Origin: Clostridia bacterium
GTDB taxonomy: Bacteria; Bacillota; Clostridia; Christensenellales; DUVY01
Direction: 5' to 3'
Assembly: GCA_036562445.1 (NCBI GenBank)
Contig: DATCKE010000029.1
Span: forward strand, 11,240-75,239
DNA length: 64,000 bases
In this document: positions 40,741 to 48,118 of the stretch, in pieces
Layout of the letters: every line of letters begins with the position of its first letter
Numbering within the stretch: the first letter of the stretch is position 1
The notes under the pieces: generated by a model
Seen by the model: the letters and a program-made list of their open reading frames with translations, nothing else
The model's database searches: none
What the model was told of the DNA's origin: nothing
Made by a program: the position numbers and the translations under genes

Positions 40741-41880
40741 TTATATCTTGCCGCCGCCTGCGCAGTTTAAAACATTGGAGACATAGGCGTATTTTAGGTA
40801 ACGCTTTTGCTCGGCGGCGTAAAGCGCGTATTCGACTAATTTGTCTATAAGCTCAAAGAAGTCGACGCCGCTGTAATCCCATAGGTAATAACTCAAAGAG
40901 CCTGGGATAGTGTTGACTTCGTTGATATATACCGTGTTGTCTGTTTTGTCTATGATGTAGTCTATCCTTATTACGCCCTTGCAGTTTAGCGCCAAAAAGA
41001 CCTGTTTTGATTGCTCTTGAATGCCGGAAGCCATTTCCTCGGGGATGTCGGCGGGCAGTTTTCTCTTTAGACTGTCCATACCGCCGATTTTAGAGCCTTT
41101 TGACATATATTTTTCCTCAAAGGATAAAAACGCCTGCCAGCTTAAAGGGCGCTCGCAAACGGACGCCTTAAACTCGGCGGGGCTGCCCAGCACCGAACAG
41201 TTGACCTCGATAAAGTCGTTGAGCGCGCGCTCCACCACCACCCTGTTGTCAAACTTAAACGCTATGTCCATAGCGGTTTTTAGGCTCTCTATGTCGCTAG
41301 CTCTGGTTATGCCTATGCTGCTGCCTAGGTTTGAAGGCTTGACAATCAGCGGAAAACCTAAGGTTTTAGCTCGCTCTAAAAAGTCTTGCTGTCCCGTAAT
41401 GTGGTAATACTCTTCTTTATATGTCCAAACATAAGGCAGGACATTGAGCCCTAAGCCCTTAAAAAACATCTTCATAGCTATTTTGTCCATTCCCACCGCG
41501 CTGCCTAGCACTGAACTAGAGGTATACGGAATATCGGACATTTCCAAAAGCCCTTGGAGAGTGCCGTCTTCGCCGTTTAGCCCGTGCATACATAACAAAG
41601 CAACGTCAAGCTTGCACAGGACTTTGTTCTTTTTATAATAGATATTTTGGTCGGCGGGTTTGAAATACACTTTGTGAAGCTTGCCGTAATCTATATTTTT
41701 GCAAAACTCAAAGTTCTTAAGTTCCTCGCCGTATAAAAACAAACCGTTTATGTCTATGTATATCGGATAGACATTATATTTTGACTCGTCTATAAAATCC
41801 ATCGCCTGGTGCGCCGTTATGATGGATATATCGTGCTCGCAGGACTTTCCGCCGAAAAACACCGCTAAATTAAGTTTCAT
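40741..41880 (-). CDS. ddl: D-alanine--D-alanine ligase
   Basis: 379 aa. N-terminal AVFFGGKSCEHDISIITA and an ATP-grasp fold. Confidence 0.92.
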   Translation of the reverse strand: MKLNLAVFFGGKSCEHDISIITAHQAMDFIDESKYNVYPIYIDINGLFLYGEELKNFEFCKNIDYGKLHKVYFKPADQNIYYKKNKVLCKLDVALLCMHGLNGEDGTLQGLLEMSDIPYTSSSVLGSAVGMDKIAMKMFFKGLGLNVLPYVWTYKEEYYHITGQQDFLERAKTLGFPLIVKPSNLGSSIGITRASDIESLKTAMDIAFKFDNRVVVERALNDFIEVNCSVLGSPAEFKASVCERPLSWQAFLSFEEKYMSKGSKIGGMDSLKRKLPADIPEEMASGIQEQSKQVFLALNCKGVIRIDYIIDKTDNTVYINEVNTIPGSLSYYLWDYSGVDFFELIDKLVEYALYAAEQKRYLKYAYVSNVLNCAGGGKI

Positions 41881-41892
41881 TGTTACCTCGCT

Positions 41893-43479
41893 TTAGAAGT
41901 TGTCGGGCAGGTCGTTTTGGAACAGGACGACTTTAGAGCCCGAAATTGAGTTTAAAATATTGACAGCCTGGTTTAAATTGTCGCAAACTCTTATGCGCTT
42001 TGGGCTGAAGTTTTCCTTAACCAGCCCGTCATATATATATAATGAATTAGGGCCTGTGATTATGCACCAATCCGCCGCGCCGGCTATGCATCTTCCAAGC
42101 TCCTCGTTTACGCTTTTTTGGCGCTTGCCCATATCGACAAGCCCCGCCGTGATGACTATCTTTTTTTGCAAAAAGGACTTTAGCACATCCAAAGCGGCTT
42201 TCGCGCCCTCAAGGTTGGCGTTGAAGGAATCGTCTATTATGGTCATTCCGCCCGACTCTATTAGCTGCAGCCTGTGAGGCGCGGGCTTTAGCTCGGTGAT
42301 TTTTTGGGCGATTTCGTCTAAGTCAACGCCCAGTTTATACGCTACCGCCGCCGCCAAAGTGATATTGCCTATATTGTGTATTCCTAACAGCGCGGTAACG
42401 CAGTCAATAGTCCTACCGTCCAATGTGAGCTTAAACTTGCTGCCGCGGTTAAAGGTCTGGGGCTCGGAATAATAAGCGAAAGACCTTTCGTCCCCGCCGA
42501 CCATAATCTTCTCGTGTTTGGTCTTTTCGTATAAATCCAAAACTATCTGATTATGACAGTTAAACACCGCTAAGCCTTGGGGTTTTAGGTTTTCTATTAT
42601 CTCGTATTTGGTTTGGGCTACCCTTTCGACGGTCTTAAAAGTAGCTATGTGCTGTTCGCCTACGGCGGTGATTATGGAGATATCGGGAGCGGCGATTTCG
42701 CAAAGTTTGGCTATATCGCCCTTTCTTCTTGCGCCCATCTCCGCTATAAAAATCTCGTCGCCCGGCTTTAGGTTCTCGTTTATCGCTCGGCATAACCCCA
42801 TAGGCGTGTTGTAACTGTTGGGGCTGGCGCACACCTTATACAGCCCTTCTAAGAGCTTTTGAAGGATAAATTTCACGCTGGTTTTGCCAAAACTGCCCGT
42901 AATGCCTATAATTTTTAAGTCCGGCATAGACGCCAATTTTTTCTTTGCCAGATAAATATATTTCGTCTGCAACAATAATTCCATAGGGGTTGCTATGCAA
43001 GCCGAAACGCCGCAAAGAACGTAATTAATAACCGGGGCTAGACCTATTATCGAGTAATTGATAACGGGCAGCTTTGTTAAGAATAAATAAACAACGCCAA
43101 GCCAAAAACCAAAGCTTGCTATGAATAAGACAAACATAAACCTTATAATTCTACGGGTAAACCTAAGCGGGGTTTTGTATTTCTTTTTAAACTGCTGAAC
43201 GCTTAAAACAGTCATAGAGACGATAAACGGGATGATTCCCAATAAATAATAATGCCCGCTTATAAGTCTTAGGGCGTTTATAACGCCTAGCAACGCCAAA
43301 AATCCCGTCGCCGCCCATATCGACAGCTTGAGAATAAGCGGTTTTTTGATATTCTTAAAATACTCGGGTATATGATAAGCGCTCAATTGGTAGTGCTGGA
43401 TTAATTGATAGGACGAAAAAACGGCCGCTATAGAGGTTATGCCGCTTATGACCAAGGCTATGTAAAAATCCATTCTCAT
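41893..43479 (-). CDS. MurF-like Mur ligase with N-terminal polytopic membrane domain
   Basis: 528 aa. Residues 1 to about 170 form about five hydrophobic helices. The MurF-like core follows: IIGITGSFGKTS P-loop, AEMGARRKGDIAKLCEIAAPDISIITAVGEQH, and the C-terminal Mur ligase domain. ddl lies immediately downstream. Confidence 0.8.
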   Translation of the reverse strand: MRMDFYIALVISGITSIAAVFSSYQLIQHYQLSAYHIPEYFKNIKKPLILKLSIWAATGFLALLGVINALRLISGHYYLLGIIPFIVSMTVLSVQQFKKKYKTPLRFTRRIIRFMFVLFIASFGFWLGVVYLFLTKLPVINYSIIGLAPVINYVLCGVSACIATPMELLLQTKYIYLAKKKLASMPDLKIIGITGSFGKTSVKFILQKLLEGLYKVCASPNSYNTPMGLCRAINENLKPGDEIFIAEMGARRKGDIAKLCEIAAPDISIITAVGEQHIATFKTVERVAQTKYEIIENLKPQGLAVFNCHNQIVLDLYEKTKHEKIMVGGDERSFAYYSEPQTFNRGSKFKLTLDGRTIDCVTALLGIHNIGNITLAAAVAYKLGVDLDEIAQKITELKPAPHRLQLIESGGMTIIDDSFNANLEGAKAALDVLKSFLQKKIVITAGLVDMGKRQKSVNEELGRCIAGAADWCIITGPNSLYIYDGLVKENFSPKRIRVCDNLNQAVNILNSISGSKVVLFQNDLPDNF

Positions 43480-44192
43480 TCCCCCAAAAATCTTTCACAA
43501 TGCTTGATAAAGAGCAGGCTTTTTTGTCTATAGGCAAAGTGCCCTGTGTCCCTGATTATCACGAGTTTGCTGCCCTTTATAAGCCTATTCATTTTCTTAG
43601 CCATATATAACGGGGTTTCGGTATCGTTTTGCCCCCAAATGAGCAATGTAGGCGCTTTTATATGCTTTAAAAGCTTGGTTTGGTCGTAATTGACCACTTT
43701 TACGAAGGTGGCGCGCATAACGCCCGAGGCGGCCTTATAGTCGCTTGAGCCGTATTTGGATAGGTCTTTTTTTAGCAGTTTGGCGATTTTATACTTTAAG
43801 ACATTTATGTAAAACTTAAGGTTTTTTCGCTTTTTTATGCCCGCGCTGGAGGTTAAGATTAATTTGTCTATTATCTGGGGATATCTATAAGCAAGTTCTA
43901 TCGCCACCCGCCCGCCAAAAGAATGGGCTATTATGTGGGTTTTGGGGATGTTTTTTGCCTTTAAAAACTCGTATATTACCCGCGCGTAGTCTTGAACGGA
44001 AAAAGGATAGGGAGGCGGCGGGCTTTTGCCAAAACCGCAAAAGTCTACCGCCGTTACCGCGTAATCTTTTTTGAAATAATCAAAAACGGCTTGAAAGGAT
44101 TCCAAACTTCCTCCCCAGCCGTGCAGCAACAGAATGTTTTTTTCTTTTGAGTTAGAGTGTATGTAGTTGATGTTTATGTCAAGATTGGTCAT
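43476..44192 (-). CDS. Alpha/beta-fold hydrolase
   Basis: 238 aa. HGWGG oxyanion motif, AHSFGG nucleophile elbow and a C-terminal TGH. Confidence 0.8.
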   Translation of the reverse strand: MTNLDININYIHSNSKEKNILLLHGWGGSLESFQAVFDYFKKDYAVTAVDFCGFGKSPPPPYPFSVQDYARVIYEFLKAKNIPKTHIIAHSFGGRVAIELAYRYPQIIDKLILTSSAGIKKRKNLKFYINVLKYKIAKLLKKDLSKYGSSDYKAASGVMRATFVKVVNYDQTKLLKHIKAPTLLIWGQNDTETPLYMAKKMNRLIKGSKLVIIRDTGHFAYRQKSLLFIKHCERFLGE

Positions 44193-44616
44193 ACCGCCAC
44201 ATTATAAACGCGTCTTCTTGGTCGTTGTAGTATTTTTTTCTTACGCCCTCTATTACAAAGCCCAAAGACTTGTAAAGATTAATGGCGGCTGTATTGCTGA
44301 CTCTTACCTCTAAAGTGATTTTTTTAATTCTTATGTCTTTTAATATATCCAAAAGATATACAATAAGCTCTCTAGCTATGCCCTGCCGTCTATATTCGGG
44401 ATGGACGGCTATATTGTCCAAATGCGCCTCGTCAAAGATAACGGTCAAAACCGCGTAGGCTGCTATTTTGGCTTCTATAGCGTAAACAAATATCTTGGTT
44501 ATGCCGCTTGCCAAAACGTCCCTAAAGTTTTGCTCGCTCCAAGCGTCCTCCCCAAAGCATATTCTCTCTAAGCTTATAATTTCTGTTAAATCTTCAAGCG
44601 ACGCCTGTCTTATCAT
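44179..44616 (-). CDS. rimI: Ribosomal-protein-alanine N-acetyltransferase (GNAT)
   Basis: 145-aa GNAT with RRQGIAREL. Conserved position after tsaB. Confidence 0.8.
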   Translation of the reverse strand: MIRQASLEDLTEIISLERICFGEDAWSEQNFRDVLASGITKIFVYAIEAKIAAYAVLTVIFDEAHLDNIAVHPEYRRQGIARELIVYLLDILKDIRIKKITLEVRVSNTAAINLYKSLGFVIEGVRKKYYNDQEDAFIMWRYDQS

Positions 44617-45257
44617 AAGTCCTTCTGCGCCTGCGGAAGTTGGATATATAAAGGCTCGAGCTTATAGCCGTCGACCGATATTCTGTCTGTTTGAGACATT
44701 ATTCGCTTAATGCCCGTTTTGCAGTCTTTAATATAATTTATCTTGAAATTGTCTTTTTTTATGGGCAATTCAAAATCGGCCGCGACTAAGACAGGCTCGT
44801 CTATTAAGCCCAAAAAACGCTCAAATTCCGGCTTAGAAAAAACCTTGGGGGGCAAAAGCTCTATAAGCTTGCCGTTTTGGTTTTCGTAAACGGCGATATA
44901 AACTTGAGAATTTCCGCTCGCTTGGGCGCTGACTATCGTGTCGCCGCAAGCGCTATATATATTATATGCGAACATCTCCAAAGAGTTGAAAGGGATTATC
45001 TTAATGTTTTTCACATACGAAAATACCTTGGCTGTGGTTACGCCTATGCGGATTCCGGTAAACGAGCCCGGACCGACGTTGACGCCTATATAATCCATTA
45101 ATCCCCAATCCTTGCCTTCCATTAAGTTTTGGATTGCGGGCATAAGGGTTACCGAGTGCTGCAAAACGGACTCGTCAAAAAAATAAAGCTCTTGGCCTTG
45201 GTATTCGCCCGCTATCTCCAAATGCTTTCGGGCGGTGTCTATGCTTATATAGTTCAT
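44613..45257 (-). CDS. tsaB: tRNA t6A37 biosynthesis protein TsaB
   Basis: 214 aa. Motif VGPGSFTGIRIGV. Confidence 0.85.
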   Translation of the reverse strand: MNYISIDTARKHLEIAGEYQGQELYFFDESVLQHSVTLMPAIQNLMEGKDWGLMDYIGVNVGPGSFTGIRIGVTTAKVFSYVKNIKIIPFNSLEMFAYNIYSACGDTIVSAQASGNSQVYIAVYENQNGKLIELLPPKVFSKPEFERFLGLIDEPVLVAADFELPIKKDNFKINYIKDCKTGIKRIMSQTDRISVDGYKLEPLYIQLPQAQKDL

Positions 45258-45667
45258 TTTATTTCCACCAATCTAGTGTTGTCGTCGACATAGGTTATAT
45301 CCACTGTATAAGAAATATTCTTTAAAATATCTTGGACCTTGTCCGCCCATTCTATAACCGTTACGGCGGTTTCTTTGCCTATATATTCGTCAAAGCCCGC
45401 CTCAATAGCTTCGGAAGAATCCGAAAGCCTATACATATCGAAGTGGTATAAGTCCAATTTTTCGCCCTTATACTGCCTAAACAGCACAAAAGTTGGGCTT
45501 AAAACGGGCTGTTTTACGCCCAAACCCGCCGCCAGGCCTTTGGTAAAAACGGTTTTGCCGGCGCCTAATTGGCCGTTTAGGATGATGATGTCGCTGCCTT
45601 TTAGGTTTTTTGCCCAGTTTTTGGCAAGCTCGTAGGTTTGTTCCCAACTCGTAGTCTTATACCGCAT
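45254..45667 (-). CDS. tsaE: tRNA t6A37 biosynthesis ATPase TsaE
   Basis: 137 aa. Walker A GQLGAGKT and SPTF. Confidence 0.88.
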   Translation of the reverse strand: MRYKTTSWEQTYELAKNWAKNLKGSDIIILNGQLGAGKTVFTKGLAAGLGVKQPVLSPTFVLFRQYKGEKLDLYHFDMYRLSDSSEAIEAGFDEYIGKETAVTVIEWADKVQDILKNISYTVDITYVDDNTRLVEIK

Positions 45668-45705
45668 AAGCCTTATTATAACAGATGTTTATTTTATGGG
45701 CAAAT

Positions 45706-45732
45706 ATAAAAAAAAGGGGATAATTCCCCTTT
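45706..45732 (-). terminator. Intrinsic terminator after the TM2-domain gene
   Basis: AAAGGGGA-TAAT-TCCCCTTT, followed by TTTTTTTT on the minus strand. Confidence 0.7.
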
Positions 45733-45751
45733 CGCCCGCAGTCAAAATAGT

Positions 45752-46252
45752 TTACCTATATTTAGAATGAAATTCTTGCTCGGACATAGTGGCAAGAGAA
45801 ACGCAATTTATCAAGCATACTAGCGCGGGGATAAATGTCCATATGAAGATTATGGACAGCACGAAATCCCCTATTCTCTTTAGATAAATCTTATGTATAG
45901 CTATGCCGCCTAGACAAAACAGGGATATCAACGCCAAAATAAGCGCGATTTCCTTGGATAAGCCCGAAGTGGAATTTTGCGCGTTGTAGGCATATGTATT
46001 ATTGCTAGGGTTAAAATTGTAGGTGTTAAAATTGCCCGCGTTAGCGCCCTGACCGCTTTGATTGTTGGGTTGAGAGTCAAAGGTAAAGCCGTAAGTATAG
46101 GTCTTGTCTTTGCCTTGGAATGAGATGTTAAAGCCGCGGCCTTTGTTTTCTTGGTCGGTGGACCTTAAGCCGACGCCGCAATGGTCGCAAAAGTTTTGGT
46201 TGGCCTCTAAAGGCGCGCCGCAGTTAGGGCATTTTAAAGCTTCTAAAGACAT
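45752..46252 (-). CDS. Zinc-ribbon / N,Q-rich linker / TM2-domain membrane protein
   Basis: 166 aa. CPNCG...CDHCG zinc ribbon, an Asn/Gln/Tyr-rich low-complexity middle, and C-terminal paired TM segments with a TM2-like HKIYLKRIGD. Confidence 0.7.
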   Translation of the reverse strand: MSLEALKCPNCGAPLEANQNFCDHCGVGLRSTDQENKGRGFNISFQGKDKTYTYGFTFDSQPNNQSGQGANAGNFNTYNFNPSNNTYAYNAQNSTSGLSKEIALILALISLFCLGGIAIHKIYLKRIGDFVLSIIFIWTFIPALVCLINCVSLATMSEQEFHSKYR

Positions 46253-46356
46253 CTTTTCACTCCAGAAATTATTTTTGACATTTACTATTATATTGTATAA
46301 ATATTTCTATGACAAGCAATGATTTTAAAAATAGATTAAGATAGGATTAAAATATA

Positions 46357-46839
46357 ATGAGAAAAATTATATACGACCGAGAGGCCGCCTTGGAATACGC
46401 AAGGCTTTGGGCTTTTTCGAGAAATCCAAAATTTTACGACTTTTCCAACTTGGGCGGGGATTGCACCAATTTTATCTCTCAGTGCGTGTTCGCTGGGATT
46501 GGGGCGATGAACTATACGCCCGTAACAGGCTGGTATTACATATCGGCGTCCAATCGAACGGCGTCCTGGACTTCGGCGGAATTTTTTTATAAGTTCATAG
46601 TCAATAACAACGGCGTAGGGCCGCAAGCGGTCGAAACGGATATTAACAATATCTTGCGGGGCGATATTATTCAGCTTAGTTTTAGGAATAATGTTTTTTC
46701 GCATTCGCTTTTTGTGGTTTCGGTTTTTCCCGAAATCACGATAGCCACGCACACTTTAGACGCGTTCGACCGCCCATTAAGAACCTATGTCTATGATAAA
46801 ATCAGGTTTTTGCATATAACGGGCGGGATGAAATATTAA
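46357..46839 (+). CDS. Putative amidase-domain protein (Amidase_6-like Cys/His hydrolase)
   Basis: 160 aa. GGDCTNFISQCVFAG (Cys) and FSHSLFV (His). Preferred over the antisense ORF at 46336-46752. Confidence 0.65.
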   Translation: MRKIIYDREAALEYARLWAFSRNPKFYDFSNLGGDCTNFISQCVFAGIGAMNYTPVTGWYYISASNRTASWTSAEFFYKFIVNNNGVGPQAVETDINNILRGDIIQLSFRNNVFSHSLFVVSVFPEITIATHTLDAFDRPLRTYVYDKIRFLHITGGMKY

Positions 46840-46917
46840 AAATCTTTGATATGTTTTTGTTATAATTAATTTTTTGTGGTAACATATATGTATAGCTAAA
46901 TCTTAAGGAGAATGAGG

Positions 46918-47925
46918 ATGATTTTAGTCACAGGCGGAACGGGTTATATAGGAAGCCACACGGCTATAGAGCTTATCAACGCGGGCTATGAAATAGTTAT
47001 TTTGGACAACCTGTCCAATTCAAAGATAGAAGCTTTAAACAGAATCAAGCTTATAACCGGCAAAGAAGTTAAGTTTTACCAAGTAGACTTGCTGGATAAA
47101 GAAGAGCTTGAGAAAGTATTTAAAGAAAACTCTATCACGGATGTCATACATTTCGCTGGGCTTAAAGCAGTAGGCGAATCTGTTTCTATCCCGCTGACAT
47201 ATTATCACAACAACATAACGGGCACTATTTATCTCTTGGAAGCGATGAGAAAATACGGCGTAAAAAACATAGTGTTCTCGTCCTCGGCGACCGTATATGG
47301 CGTGCCAAAAAGCGCGCCCATAAAGGAAGACGCTCCCTTAGGCGCGACCAATCCTTACGGCAGAACCAAGTTGTTTATAGAGCATATCCTCCAAGACCTG
47401 TATAAAGCTGATCCTTCGTTTAATATAGCTATTTTGAGATATTTCAACCCCATAGGCGCGCACGAAAGCGGGCTTATCGGCGAAGACCCCAACGGCATTC
47501 CTAACAACCTGGTGCCTTATATCACACAAGTGGCGGTAGGCCGTTTGGAAAAGCTAAGAATCTTCGGCAACGACTATCCCACTCACGATGGCACAGGCGT
47601 AAGGGACTATATCCACGTGGTGGACTTAGCGCTCGGTCACTTAGCCGCGCTTAAAAAACTAGCCTCTAACCCTGGCGTGGTGATTTACAATCTAGGCACG
47701 GGCAAGGGCTACAGCGTGCTGGATGTGGTTAACGCTTTCTCCCAAGTAGTGGGAAGACCTATCCCCTATGAGTTCGCTCCCCGCCGTCCCGGCGACGTGG
47801 CGGTTACCTATGCGGATCCTAGTTTGGCCAAAAAAGAGTTAGGCTGGGAGGCTAAGTTTGACCTAATGAAAATGTGCCAAGACAGCTGGAATTGGCAAAA
47901 AAAGAACCCTAACGGACTTGAGTAA
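46918..47925 (+). CDS. galE: UDP-glucose 4-epimerase
   Basis: Motifs GGTGYIGSH and YGRTK (YxxxK). I chose the ATG at 46918, 7 nt after AAGGAG. The track's ATG at 46912 is only 1 nt from the RBS. Confidence 0.93.
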   Translation: MILVTGGTGYIGSHTAIELINAGYEIVILDNLSNSKIEALNRIKLITGKEVKFYQVDLLDKEELEKVFKENSITDVIHFAGLKAVGESVSIPLTYYHNNITGTIYLLEAMRKYGVKNIVFSSSATVYGVPKSAPIKEDAPLGATNPYGRTKLFIEHILQDLYKADPSFNIAILRYFNPIGAHESGLIGEDPNGIPNNLVPYITQVAVGRLEKLRIFGNDYPTHDGTGVRDYIHVVDLALGHLAALKKLASNPGVVIYNLGTGKGYSVLDVVNAFSQVVGRPIPYEFAPRRPGDVAVTYADPSLAKKELGWEAKFDLMKMCQDSWNWQKKNPNGLE

Positions 47926-47932
47926 AATAAAA

Positions 47933-47959
47933 GGCTCGCGAAAACGAGCCCTTTTTTTT
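47933..47959 (+). terminator. Intrinsic terminator after galE
   Basis: GGCTCG-CGAAAA-CGAGCC followed by CTTTTTTTT. Confidence 0.8.
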
Positions 47960-48065
47960 AAGATTTTTCGCGCCTTGATTACGCCTATACCGTTGCAAAA
48001 CAATAAAATTATCAAAACGTCGATCAAGGTTTTTATTTTTTTCGCTGATTATCTTTAGCTTTTTT

Positions 48066-48105
48066 TATAAGAAAAAAGCCCTGTTTAGCTAAACAGGGCT
48101 TTTTA
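48066..48105 (-). terminator. Intrinsic terminator after ppdK
   Basis: AGCCCTGTTT-AGCT-AAACAGGGCT, perfect 10-bp stem with T-runs on both strands. Confidence 0.75.
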
Positions 48106-48118
48106 TATTTTACAAAGC

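Noticed and set aside
46336-46752. 138-aa minus-strand ORF overlapping the amidase-domain gene.
   Set aside because: It is basic and low-complexity with no motif. The plus-strand ORF carries a recognisable Cys/His hydrolase signature.
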